Part shown: piece after piece, positions 1-10,894 of the stretch
Layout: every line of letters starts with the position of its first letter
Numbering within the stretch: position 1 is the stretch's first letter
NCBI GenBank assembly: GCA_965238005.1
Contig: OZ250165.1
Coordinates: 1,952,001 to 2,016,000, forward strand
Direction of reading: 5' to 3'
Origin: Longimicrobiales bacterium
Lineage (GTDB): Bacteria > Gemmatimonadota > Gemmatimonadetes > Longimicrobiales > Gaopeijiaceae
Length of the DNA stretch: 64,000 nucleotides
Notes under the pieces: model-generated
The model's database searches: none
What the model was told of the DNA's origin: nothing
The model's input: only the letters and a program-made list of their open reading frames with translations
Translations under genes and position numbers: made by a program

Positions 1-741
1 CTGAAGCAGAGCGACTTCCTGGGCGAGGGTCATCGAAAGGTGAGGGCGCGCCTGAGGCCGAAGGGGATCCATGTGGGCAAGAACCGCGTGCTCAGGCTGA
101 TGCGGGAGAATGGGCTGCTGGCCCCTGTACGACGCGGGAAGCATCCGCATGGGGACCGGAGCCACAGTGGCCGGATCACGACGGACGTGCCGAACGAGCT
201 GTGGGGCACGGACGCGACGCGGTTCTACACGAAGGAGGATGGGTGGTGCTGGTTTTTCGTGGCGGTGGATCACTGCGTCACGGACGTGGTGGGCTGGCAC
301 GTGGCGAAGAAGGGCGATCGGTGGGCAGCGCTCGAGCCGATCCGCCAGGGCGTACGGACCCACATGGACGACTACGCGCCCAAGATCGCTCTGGGGCTCG
401 GCCTACGGCACGACTGGGGACCGCAGTACACGGCGCATCAGTTCCAGGGGGAGCTGGCCTGGCTCGGGATCCGCTCGACGGCCTCGTACGTGGGAGAGCC
501 GGAGTGCAACGGCGTCGCAGAGCGCTTCATGCGGACGCTGAAGGAGGAGTGCTTGTACCTCCACGACTTCAAGAGTCTCGAGGAGGCCAGACAGGAGATC
601 GACGCGTTTATCGAACGCTACAACCGCGGGTGGCTCCTAGAGCGGCATGGGTATCGGACCCCGGCCCAGGTCCGTCAGGAGCTCACCCTGAAGGCGGCTT
701 GATTAGGCCGCCGACTTGTCCAGCAAACCGGAACCGGTACA
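1..741 (+). mobile_element. IS3-family insertion sequence, copy 1 (left part outside window); OrfB DDE transposase ends at 702, IRR 717-741
   Basis: rve/DDE motifs WGTDAT, DHCVTDVVGW, HDWGPQY, NGVAERFMRTLKEE; essentially identical to 14276-15014; IRR TGTCCAGCAAACCGGAACCGGTACA. Confidence 0.93.
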
Positions 742-749
742 GTTTAGCG

Positions 750-1294
750 TCATTGACGGTTTCAACGAGGGTTATGGTGTACTGGAGCGCCGCATTAACG
801 CTCCCGGAAAACGTAATAGTGAGCGGAACGTTCTCCATCGGGTTGTAATCGGCCAGGTCAACATTAGTGACGCTGTTATAGTGTGTGAATGTTCCCAGCT
901 TGAACGATGTTCCATCGGTGGGCATGTTGGTGCCGTAGACTCCTTCAAAACCGAATCCGCTCTGGCCGGCAAAATCAAGACAAGGCGGAGGGTCATCGTT
1001 TACGTCCTGAGCCCCATAACGGATTTGGTTTTCGTCGTTTGTCGCCTGGTTCTGAATGCCCGGGTCGGTGTCGCTGATGGCGCTCGGGCTACCACCCGGC
1101 CCCGTCGCCCAGCGGTCACAGTTGGCGCCTTGTCCATCGGTTCCTTGGTCGGGGATTCCCCAGACGCCGTCAATGTCGACGGCGAGACGGTCTTGGGTGG
1201 CGGCCGATAGCAGGGGCGCCTCGGAATCGCCCTCGCTCGCCGTGGCCACGGCCGCCGACCACACCAGCGCCACGATCAACCACGTTCGTGACAT
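750..1294 (-). pseudogene. Secreted THxN/choice-of-anchor-K-like domain protein, truncated by IS copy 1
   Basis: Signal peptide MSRTWLIVALVWSAAVATA; motifs QIRYG, QSGFGFEG, FKLGTFTHYN; the reading frame runs into the IS end at ~749. Confidence 0.65.
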
Positions 1295-1409
1295 GCGTCT
1301 TCTCCCTGGAAAAAGATGGCGAATCTCAATTTATGAGAGAGTATATGCACTTCTGAATCACGGCAACATTTGTATTTCTGCTGCGGGTACGATGCTAACC
1401 GGGCTAGCG

Positions 1410-2065
1410 CTACGCGAGCCGCCACCGCAAGAGCAAGCCCCCGGGGCGCCCGACTCGGGGGGCCTGACTTTTCTCCACCGATTCGGCTCTTCGCTGAACA
1501 TGCATGGCGTCGTTGCCCCGAACGCAAAGCTTCGTGCCGCCGTCGTAGCGATCGGTCGGCCTGGAGTCGAGAGTCCGGAGGTTGTTGCGGGGGGCGAGAT
1601 GAAGATTCTCGCGTTTCTCACCGACCCGCCTGTCGTTTCGAGAATCCTCCTGCACCTCGACCTGCACCATCTACCCCCGCCCCTCTCGCCCGCGCGAGGG
1701 CCGCCCCGAGGCGACTTCCTGCTGGATCAGACGTCGGGGTTCGATGCGCTGAGGCCGAGCCCGTTCCCGAGTTCGTGTTTGATCAGTCGCTACCCGAGAG
1801 GTTCGAGGACTGAGGCCGCGGACGGCGCAAGAACCCTGATTCGCCTCACGGCGTGACCGAATACGACCCGACACGCCCCGGGAAATTTCCGCCTATCCAC
1901 GCATCTCGGTGGCCCATCCGAAGTATCGCGTCGATTTGAGCCATCACGAGGCGCTCAGGACCTCGGCGCGGGAACCACAGTCACGAGTCTTTCCTCTCCG
2001 GGATCTCACCGCCGGCCCACCCTACCTGGGATGTTGCACCTATAGCGCGATTGGAATACCTATCC
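1410..2065 (+). mobile_element. Internally deleted IS91-family (HUH) transposase remnant with oriIS-like end
   Basis: Fused motifs GGLTFLHRFGSSLNMH / GVVAPNAKLRAAVV / GGEMKILAFLTDPPVVSRILLHL..PARGPP; end GCGCGATTGGAATACCTATCC at 2045-2065. Confidence 0.75.
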
Positions 2066-2129
2066 CTAACGATCCGAAGTGAGATTGCCCGCTGGGCCAG
2101 GCCTGCCCGCCCTGTCCATGGAGATGGCC

Positions 2130-4640
2130 ATGAATGCGATTCGCATTGTCACCCGAGTCGGCTTGAGGACGTGCTCCACTACGTTTATTGCCCTCCTTGT
2201 CCTGTTCGGATGCCGCGGCAACTCTAGTGACGTGGGCATGGGCGAAGTCGTCCTCGCCGAGTACCCCAGCGTGGATGCCAGCTTTCTCTCGGCCCTCGAG
2301 TGGCGGTTCGTGGGGCCGTACCGTGGAGGGCGTGTCGTTGCGGTGGCCGGAGTTCCCGACGACCCCCTCGTCTACTATTTCGGCGCTGCCCACGGCGGAG
2401 TGTGGAAGACCACCGATGCCGGAAGGTATTGGCGGAACGTGTCGGGCGGCTTCTTCAAGTTCCCTTCGGTGGGTGCCCTGGACGTGTCACCCTCCGATCC
2501 CGATGTCATTTTCGCGGGGACGGGTGAGGGGCTTCAACGACAATTCATCTCGCCCGGAGACGGGGTCTACAAATCCACCGACGGAGGAGACACGTGGACC
2601 AACGTGGGCCTTCGGGAGACCCGGCACATCGCCAAGCTCCGTATTCATCCAACCAATCCCGATATCGTGTACGTGGCGGCCATGGGGGACATGTTCGGCC
2701 CAAACCCGGATCGCGGCATCTATCGAACCACGGATGGAGGCGAGACGTGGGAACGCATCCTGTATAAGGGCGAGACTACCGGTGCGGTGGATCTGTCTAT
2801 TGATCCCACGAACCCGAGGGTGATCATCGCATCCCTGAACCACCACGTGACGTACCCGTGGGACGAGGAGAGCGGCGGCCCCACCACCGGCCTTTTCAAG
2901 ACCACAGATGGCGGGGACACCTGGACGGACATCACCCGCAACCCCGGTATGCCAGAGGGGCTGATCGGGAAGATCGGTATATCCATCTCACCGGCGCGCT
3001 CCAACCGGGTGTATGCGTTCATCGAGGCTGACGAAGGCGAAGGCGGGATCTATAGTTCCGATGACGGCGCGTCCACCTGGCAGAGGACGCATCAAGACCC
3101 CGGCGAGATGGAGATCCCCAATTCATACAACCACATCACCGCCGACCCCCAGGATCCCGACGTCGTCTATATCCAGCCCATCACCGGTTTACTGAAGTCC
3201 ACGGACGCGGGCCGGACCTTCAAACGTGTACGCATGGAGAACTGGGACCCTCATGCGTTATGGATCGATCCAAACGACTCTCGCCGAATGATCGAAGGAG
3301 GGGACGGAGGGGCCTCGGTGACGTTGAACGGAGGTGAGTCCTGGTCGAGCCTCGAGAACCAGCCCACCGCAGACCTTCTCAGTCTGGCGGTGGACGACCA
3401 GGAGCCCTACTGGCTCTACGGCTCTCAGAACGACAACAGTCACATCGGGATTCCAAGTCGAACCGACGATCGGTCCATCGGATGGACGCACTACCTTCCC
3501 ATTCCGGCCGGCGAGGGCGGGCAGACGGCGGTGAAGCCCGACGGCAGCGTGGTCTATGCAAATGATAGGTCCAGGATGGTCCGTTTTGACCGGGAAACCG
3601 GGCAGGCTCCGCACATCAGCGTTTGGCCCGAGTGGGTGTTCGGAACGCCCACCAAAGACGTGAAGTACCGTTTCTACTACTCGTTCCCAGTGCTCCTCTC
3701 GCCGCACGATCCTGGCGTTCTCTACACGGCGGCCCAGTTCGTCTTCCGATCCACTGACGAAGGCAGCTCCTGGGACCAGATCAGTTCCGACCTCACGCGG
3801 AACCGCCAGGACGTGATGGGCGAAATATCCGGAGGGCCCATTAGCTCCAATGCGTCCTCGCTCTTTCACGTGAGTCTCATCCGGAGCCTTGCCGAGTCTC
3901 CCCTCCAAGAGGGGGAGCTCTGGGTGGGCACCGACGACAGTACCGTTCAGGTTTCGCGAGATGGTGGCCGCAATTGGCGCGACGTCTCGCCGCCGGATCT
4001 TCCGGAGTGGACCACGATCACGGCCATCGACGTATCTCCCCACCGGCGGGGGACGGTCTACATCTCCGGAGAACGGCACAGAGTGAGCGATCGCACGCCG
4101 TATCTCTACAAGACCACGGACTACGGCAGCACGTGGCAGCGGATCACGAACGGGATTCGGGAAAACGACTACTCGTGGGTCATCCGTGAGGATCCGGTGC
4201 GGCCGGGTCTCCTCTACGCGGGAACAGAAACTGGCGCGTACGTCTCCTTCGACGCCGGGGACTCCTGGCAGTCCCTACAGCGCAACCTGCCGCCGGTGAT
4301 CGTCATGCAGATGCTCGTGAAGGACGACGACCTGGTGGTGGCGACCCATGGGCGGGGCTTTTGGATCATGGATAACATCTCGTCCCTGCGTGGCATCACG
4401 CCCGAAGTCGCCTCGGCCCCGGTGCATCTGTTTGAAGTAGTCCCCGCTCTTCGTCAACTTCGGGGAGGGAGAGGGTCGACACAGACGGGACCTTCGGACG
4501 CAGCGAGGAACCCGCCGAGGGGGGTGATGATCGAATATTTCCTGGCCCAAGCATCCACCGGTGACGTGATGTTCACCATCACGGATGCGGGCGGCGAGAT
4601 CATCCAGCAATTCTCCAGCGGGTCGCAGGAACGCCGTAGC
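2130..4640 (+). pseudogene. VPS10/sortilin-like (BNR-repeat) glycosyl hydrolase lipoprotein, N-terminal 837 codons; C-terminus displaced to 28586-29221 by inversion
   Basis: WRFVGPYRGGRV, repeated KTTDGGxTW BNR motifs, DLVVATHGRGFWI; homology stops at ..QERRS (4640). Confidence 0.9.
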
Positions 4641-4647
4641 TGTACCG

Positions 4648-4957
4648 TTTTCGGAGTAGCCCGCGGCGATCAGAAAGTCGACGTAGCGCTGGCACGCTGG
4701 GTGGAGCTCGGGGCCCAGATCGAGAGACCTGGCCTGGGCGTGCGCCTCGAACCAGTCGAGCTCGACGTCGAGGGCCGAGAGGCCCGCGATCAAGGCGCTC
4801 TGCCCCGGCCTGGGCGTCTTCGCGACCGTCAGGGACGCGAAGACGGCAAACCCTCTCACGAACAGGTAGTCCTGCACGAGCCAGCGGCTGAACGCATCCT
4901 CGGGCAGCGAGCCGTCGCCGACCGCGTTCAGGAACTCCGCGCGTGTACCGAGATCCC
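4648..4957 (-). pseudogene. tenA: TenA/THI-4 family protein, N-terminal half
   Basis: GDGSLPEDAFSRWLVQDYLFV..ELDWFE..ACQRYVDFL; bounded by IS-end fragments; continues at 29242. Confidence 0.85.
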
Positions 4958-4973
4958 GCAAACCGGAACCGGT
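4958..4973 (+). repeat. 16-bp fragment of the IS3 IRR
   Basis: GCAAACCGGAACCGGT identical to 723-738 and 14997-15012. Confidence 0.85.
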
Positions 4974-5008
4974 TTAACTGTTCATGATAGCGTTGAGTCG
5001 ATGGTTAA

Positions 5009-5290
5009 GTGGAGCGGCCACGGCTCAGGCAACGAGGCCGAGGTGAGGGAGGCGAGGTCGAGGTGCCGGCGTACGAAGCGATGAGGAGGCCGGGGCGGCT
5101 GGCGGACCGGATGCTCGAGATCCTGATGGCTGGGGTCAGCACGCGGAAGTACGGCCGGGTGATCCCCGAGATGGCCGACACGGTGGGGGTGAGCAAGTCG
5201 GCGGTGAGCCGAGAGACGATCGAAGCCTCAGAGCGGGTGCTGAAGGAACTGATGGAACGGCGCCTGGACGCGTGGGACCTGCTGGTGATC
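5009..5290 (+). pseudogene. IS256-family transposase fragment
   Basis: ERPRLR..GEVEVPAYE..MLEILMAGVSTRKY..GVSKSAVSR..LMERRLD. Confidence 0.8.
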
Positions 5291-5808
5291 CGGGGCATCG
5301 GAGAGAAGTTCGCGGCGAACCCTGTCGCCTGCAATCGCCGTCTAGGCGCCTTCGGGATTTATTCGGCATCCTGGGTAGGCCGGAGCGTCCTCGTGGCTTA
5401 GAGGGCCGTTATCGTCGCGTCCTTGTCTGGGCGAACGGCAAGCGTGCACATTGGCCTGGCAACGGCCATGGGTTCTTTGTCCCTCCAAGGACAGGAACGA
5501 GATGGATGGAAGTTCAGCAAGAAGGTCGGGTCGGTGAGCGCCGAGGACCTGATCGGCGCGGCGGCGGAGAGAGACGGATCGGCAAGGGACGCCGTATCTG
5601 GAACCGTCGCATCAATGAGGTTCCTGTAGAGGACGACCAGCGTGAGGCGGTTCGCCGTATAGGTTTCGGCCTCCATCCTGCCAGGTACCTGTCAGCCAGA
5701 GCGAACCTGGCACCCCCTCTAGGTAAAGCCGAAGCACGTCTCGGTGTGCCACGCGGCGCTCCCGCAGCCACCCTCCTTCCCAATCAGGACCAAAGCTTCA
5801 TGGATTGA

Positions 5809-5839
5809 CGTTGGAGGGTCCACGGCGAACCCTCCAACC
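5809..5839 (-). terminator. Hairpin downstream of lemA, putative terminator
   Basis: GTTGGAGGGT..ACCCTCCAAC inverted repeat just after the lemA stop. Confidence 0.5.
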
Positions 5840-5851
5840 CGGCTTCTTCAA

Positions 5852-6406
5852 TCACTCAAAACTCACAGTTGGCACGTCTCGCACTTCTTCAGACGTGACT
5901 TCGAAATACTCTCGCGCCTCGGCGCCGGTCGCCTTGGCGGTCAGCACTTGCGGAAATCGCCGAATGAAACCGTTGTAGGTTCGCACAGCGTCATTGTAAT
6001 CCTGCCGCGCCGTTGCAATTCTGTTTTCGGTGCCTTCCAACTGAACTTGCAACTCCATGAAGTTCTGGTTCGAACGCAGTTCCGGGTATGCCTCGGATAT
6101 TACGAGCAGGCGTCCCAGCCCCTGCGTAAGAGACTGATTGGTTTCCGCCATCTGGCCCAGGTCTCCCGATTGGATTGCACCACCCAGGCGGGAACGAGCC
6201 TCGGCGATTGAAGTGAACACTTCCTCTTCTTGATCGGCGAAGCCCCGGACAGTTGCGACGAGATTGGGGATCAGATCAGAACGCCTCTGCAGTTGCACTT
6301 CTATCTGACTCTTGAATGCGTTGATCTCTTCGTCGTAGGTCTGAATGCGGTTGTAGCCGCAACCACTCAACGAGACGAGGGCCAATCCAATTACTACGCG
6401 CTTCAT
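5852..6406 (-). CDS. lemA: LemA family protein
   Basis: LSGCGYN lipobox, QLQRRSDLIPNLV, EAYPELRSNQNF, EGTENRIA. Confidence 0.93.
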   Translation of the reverse strand: MKRVVIGLALVSLSGCGYNRIQTYDEEINAFKSQIEVQLQRRSDLIPNLVATVRGFADQEEEVFTSIAEARSRLGGAIQSGDLGQMAETNQSLTQGLGRLLVISEAYPELRSNQNFMELQVQLEGTENRIATARQDYNDAVRTYNGFIRRFPQVLTAKATGAEAREYFEVTSEEVRDVPTVSFE

Positions 6407-6441
6407 ATAATGATCTCCTTGGTAGAAAACCCCATCGGTCG

Positions 6442-7155
6442 TCATGCCTGGTCTACGTAGTTGGTCAACTTCTGTATTTCATCCACGTAGCGTGCGGCAA
6501 TAGGGTCGTCACTCCGGAGGGCTTTCACCTTGTCTCCCGCAATCTTGTCGACGACCCAACCAAAAGCTCCTACATCGAGGCCCGCGATACTCGCTGCCTG
6601 TTCAACAAGTCTTGCCGGCTTCGCCTCGGGCGTCTGACCTTCGAGACGCACCAGCGCCCTCATCAAAACGAAGAAAGTCGAAGCCGAGTCGATCAACAGT
6701 CGCGTCAAGGCTCTCCCGTTTGGGGCGAAAGCAGCGTGCTGAGCTCGCAGCTGTAGAAGTTTGCCCCGAACCTCCCGCTCCAATTCCTGGCGAAGGTCAT
6801 CCCTGTTAATGACAATCCCCTCGAACGGATCGGTTCCCGCAACGAGTTTGTGTGCTTCCCTCATATCCTCGATTTCGATTGGGAAGACGTCGGTCGATCC
6901 TTCCCATTCCACTCGCTCGAAAATAAGCGGGGCCGCATTTCCTTTCTTGACCCATGCAGCAAGTGATTTCTCGATCGGTCCAATCGCTTCGGTTGACGCG
7001 TCCTCAACCATCACCATGATGTTCACTTCCTGGTGCGCGGGTGCGTAACCGCCACGTATTGCCGTACCGAATAACATCATCGACTTCAGGTTTTCGCCCA
7101 GGTCGGTGGCGATCTGCGCTGCGACTTTTTCTGCCTGCTGTATCTTGTCCGCCAT
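6442..7155 (-). CDS. Nucleotidyltransferase-fold protein typical of lemA-TPM operons
   Basis: SMMLFGT.., STDVFPIEIEDM, LRQELEREVRGKLLQLR. Confidence 0.75.
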   Translation of the reverse strand: MADKIQQAEKVAAQIATDLGENLKSMMLFGTAIRGGYAPAHQEVNIMVMVEDASTEAIGPIEKSLAAWVKKGNAAPLIFERVEWEGSTDVFPIEIEDMREAHKLVAGTDPFEGIVINRDDLRQELEREVRGKLLQLRAQHAAFAPNGRALTRLLIDSASTFFVLMRALVRLEGQTPEAKPARLVEQAASIAGLDVGAFGWVVDKIAGDKVKALRSDDPIAARYVDEIQKLTNYVDQA

Positions 7156-7158
7156 TCT

Positions 7159-7929
7159 CTAAAAGCCCCCTGATGAGCCGCCACCACTGAAGCCACCTCC
7201 GCCTCCGAAACCGCCAAAACCGCCGCCGCCGAAGCCGCCACCGCCGAAGCCGCCACCGCCGTGGTAATGGCCTCCTCTTCCCCCGCTAAGCAACATGCCG
7301 AGCAGGAGCCACCGGCCCGATCCTCGTCCGCCGAATAGGAAGAACACGACAAGTAACAGCAGCCAGGAGTAGCTTACTCCTGTGCGCCCCGACGGCCGTC
7401 CTTGCGGGATCGGTCGAGCGGCCTGGCCCGTCAACGTCACACCGAATTCTTCGGCGTATTCTCGCGCGAGCAGCTGAACACCGACGGCGAGACCCTCGGC
7501 GTAGCTCCCTGATCTCGTCGCGGCTTCCCCAATGGCATCGCGAATCCGCAGGGTTTCAGCGTCCGTTATGAATCCTTCCGCGCCGCGCCCGGTGGATATT
7601 GCGAGATCGGCCGTGCCGTCCCCCGGCCGTTGACCCGGTACCAGCAGCAGAACCACTCCGGCATTGCTCGCCTGCGATCCCGCTCTCCGTTCTGCGCCCA
7701 CGCCCCACTGGCGTCCGATGTCACGAGCGACATCGATCGACGCTCGACCTTCCAGGTCCCGCAGAGTCACCACGGCGATTTCACCGCCTGTTTTCTGTTG
7801 GACCTCGGTTATCAGGGTTGTCATCGCCCCTTCAAGGCGTGAATCAATCAAGCCAGCGAAGTCGTTGACGTAGCCCTGTGGGGCCGGTATCTGCAGCTGA
7901 ACTGCTATGACCAGGACGTTGAGTAGCAT
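7159..7929 (-). CDS. TPM domain (YgcG-like) membrane protein
   Basis: GYVNDFAGLI, GEIAVVT, WGVG, TGRGAEGFITD, TM helix, Gly-rich tail GGGFSGGGSSGGF. Confidence 0.9.
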   Translation of the reverse strand: MLLNVLVIAVQLQIPAPQGYVNDFAGLIDSRLEGAMTTLITEVQQKTGGEIAVVTLRDLEGRASIDVARDIGRQWGVGAERRAGSQASNAGVVLLLVPGQRPGDGTADLAISTGRGAEGFITDAETLRIRDAIGEAATRSGSYAEGLAVGVQLLAREYAEEFGVTLTGQAARPIPQGRPSGRTGVSYSWLLLLVVFFLFGGRGSGRWLLLGMLLSGGRGGHYHGGGGFGGGGFGGGGFGGFGGGGGFSGGGSSGGF

Positions 7930-8067
7930 CCGATAATTATAACCGTCCGTTGAACGCGCATCCTGCAATCCCGGCGTGATGTCGGAATGCAACACACCAC
8001 CTGAGGCCACCAAGTCGACAATACCCTTGTCGAGTCGGCTGATGCGACACCTCAGTCCACGACTTGA

Positions 8068-10273
8068 CTAACTGCCTAGCCATGCCTGCAGAAAGGCCTT
8101 GATCTGGTTCCCCCAAAGCATGCTCAGGAGTGCGACGGTGAGCAGAGCGGCCAGTAGGGAAACCAGGCCCACACGAGTCCAACGAAACGCGCCGTGTCCG
8201 GTCTGGCGTAGAAAGAGGGTGACCAGGTCGCGCCGTTCCTTGCGTACCCCTTCGGGCAAGTGGGGCGTGTGGCTGAAGAGGTAGCCGAGCCGTCGCGTCA
8301 TGTACATGCGGAAATTCACCGCCCAGCCGCACGCCTCCAACAGAGCGCTCATGTCCCGCTTGCGAAGCTTGTTCCAACCCGAAAGTGCACTGAACAGGGC
8401 CACCACCAGCAGCAGGGTCACCAAGACAAGGGCGGCGTTCAGAGGGTTGATCGTGGAAAGTGTGTCGAGCAGGTAGACCAGCGAGGAACCGACGGCTGCG
8501 AAGGCAATGCCGCCGGCCAGCACCAGGTCGCGCATGCCAGAGCCGGAAGGGGGTGCCGCTCCCGCCGACGGCACCTGGGCAGGCTGCTGGAGCGACTCGC
8601 CTTTTTCCATCTTCGTTGTGATCTCGGTGGTGGCCTTTTCCAGGTACCCGGCCCGGGTGCCTGCAAAGGCTTCAAGCTTCTCGGATAATAGCTCTTTGGC
8701 TTTCACAAAAGGCGATTTGATGGCCTCCCACAGGCTGATGGGGTTCTCGACCATATCCACCACTCGTGCGTCCCACTCCTTGCCCTGGAGGTCATAGAAG
8801 ATACCGCGCTTGCCGATTTCGATGGCCCCCTGGCCGCCACCCGTGAGGGCGGCGGCAATCTCGAAACTCCGGCGCTGCTCCTGGGAAACCAGTGATCTCG
8901 GCGTACACCAGGAACATTTTGCTGGCTTGGGCGATCTTCTTGTGCTCGGTGCGGTTTCGGACCTTCATTGTGAAGGCGAGTTCACGGCCGTCAATGATCA
9001 GGTTGCCCAATTCAAACAGGGCACGGCGCCTGGGGTCGTACAGCGCGGAGAAACTCACGAAGTTGTTGGCCAGTTCCAGGAGCCAGCGCTGGTACAGGGT
9101 GAGCTTCTCCAGGGCAGCCACTTGCTTCACCTCATCCTTCACCGCCAGATCCTCCAGCAGGAGCTGGAGAAGTTTTTTCTGAGCCGGACCATACAAATAT
9201 TCTTTCAGCGTGGTCTCACTCAGCTCACCTACGCCATCCGATGGCTTCTCCGCCTGCCACGCACAGTAGGGCTCGAAGATGGCCTTGACCCGCTGCCAGC
9301 CGATCCGCGTGAGAGTTTCGTGGGAGTCCGGCTGGGCACGGGCAAGGACCCGGTTTTGTAATTCGTCCATCTGATCCTGGTAGTACGGATTGACGGGGCC
9401 CTCCAAATTCAGCACGCCTTCAGCATTTGGCGTTTGCAGTGGCGCTTGCGCGAGCTGTCTTTCCGTGGCCCGGAGGTCGGAGCCGTCCAGGTTCTCGAGA
9501 GCTTGTTCACTCAGGCAGAACCGTTCGGCGGTGCGGGCATCGAGCTTGACCAGGTCGCACTGCCAGAAGAACTGATCGATCTTGGCATCGAATTCAGAGG
9601 TGAGCTCCACGGCGGCCGCCGTGTCGTCGCCCCAGGGCAGAATCCCTGCCGCGCCGTCATCTTCGGCGAGTGCCTTCCAGGCCAGATACTTCCTCGCACC
9701 ATCCAGGAATTGGCTCAGGTGACCTTCGTTGATGCCGTCTGCGCCACTTATATCCTTGGTACCGCCCACCTGCTCGAGTACGTCATTCGCCAACTGTGCG
9801 GCAGCCGGATCCGAAACGTGCTGGGGGGGGAGCACGCCGTCGCCGTTGGGGGAGGTCATCCCGTACGTATTTCGAAAGATGCGCACCTGTTCCAGGCCGA
9901 TCTCGTCCAGGTTCTCCACCTGCAGTTGTGCCAGGATATGGATCGCGGCTTCCTTGAGCTGCCGGCCCTCCTCGTGGCTGGTATCCAGGTCCGCGAGCTG
10001 CAGGACGTCTGAGGAAGCCGCCATTCGGTCGCGGTTTGCCATCATACGTAAGATCCATGTCACTGCCGCCCGCAAATGCTCGGCACGGATGGTCCCGCTG
10101 CCGTCCTGATTCAAGTACTCGAGGAACGCAGGATCGCACTGTAGGCTCTCGATCTGCACGCTGGTAGCGGCCCAGCGAGCTGGATGGAGCTGGCGGATGA
10201 AGGCAAGATCCTCCGCGCTCTCGATGCGCAGTTGGTGGATCCCGCCGTATTTTTGGAAGACCATGGGCTTCAT
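8068..10273 (-). pseudogene. Large hypothetical membrane protein, frameshifted near 8880 (ORFs 8792-10282 and 8068-8763 are one gene)
   Basis: WAATS..CDPAFLEYLNQDGSGTIR..NFVSFSALY continues in another frame as IEIGKRGIFYD..ENPISLWEAIKSPF with C-terminal TM helices. Confidence 0.65.
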
Positions 10274-10344
10274 AACGCACATTCTACTCTGTCGCAGGGA
10301 ATGTAAGCCAGCACGAGATCTGAACAGGTCAAAGTTATGGCTCA

Positions 10345-10425
10345 GGATAGGAAGTTGCTTTTCCCTTTCCTAAGTATCCCCTTCGTACTGGAGGCGTCCA
10401 GCCAGTGGGATGAGGGTACCGGTCC
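10345..10425 (-). mobile_element. IS91-type oriIS-like end remnant
   Basis: Minus strand ..GGGAAAAGCAACTTCCTATCC; abuts the truncated amidotransferase. Confidence 0.5.
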
Positions 10426-10427
10426 TG

Positions 10428-10752
10428 TGGCGAAGACCCAGGATCCGTGGTGGAACGGATGCGTGTTCTCGAGCCCGGTGCCTCCGACCGTGGCCCGGCG
10501 GACGTGCGCCACGGCGGTGGTGGCATGCGCCCGTTCGGCGACGCGAGAGAAGTGCTCTCCATAAAAGGCGGGCGAGGCCTGCTTCTCCACCTTGGGAGTG
10601 CCGTTCCGGTAGGTGGCGACGCCCCAGCCGTGGGCGTGCTCCCTTCCCGTGAGGTCTCCCTCCGCCTGAACGATGAGCGCGTTCTGAGCGTGTACCAGTG
10701 TGCACTCGACCTTGGTCTCTTCCGTCGCCCTGAACCCGTATAACCTGCACAT
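10428..10752 (-). pseudogene. Class II glutamine amidotransferase, N-terminal fragment
   Basis: MCRLYG, HAHGWGVA, AHVRRATVG, ENTHPF; truncated after WVFA. Confidence 0.85.
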
Positions 10753-10894
10753 GGATGTCGTCCTATCACTGAGCCACGAGGCATGCTCGAAGCGGCGTTC
10801 CGCGACGATCACGCCGTTGCGCTCAAGCCACCGGACCATCGGATACTCCGAGTTGAACGGCATGTTGACCGCCCGGTAGTGGCGTGTCTCGGAT

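Noticed and set aside
2079..5084. 1001-aa ORF as an intact hydrolase
   Set aside because: After 4640 it reads the antisense of tenA and IS debris; the true C-terminus is at 28586-29221.
7159..7262. GCCGCC-rich tandem repeats as CRISPR or VNTR
   Set aside because: They encode the Gly-rich GGGF tail of the TPM protein.
10309..10341. CCAGCACGA..AAAGTTATGGC shared with 31612-31638
   Set aside because: Two short blocks with different spacing and no assignable function; may be chance.
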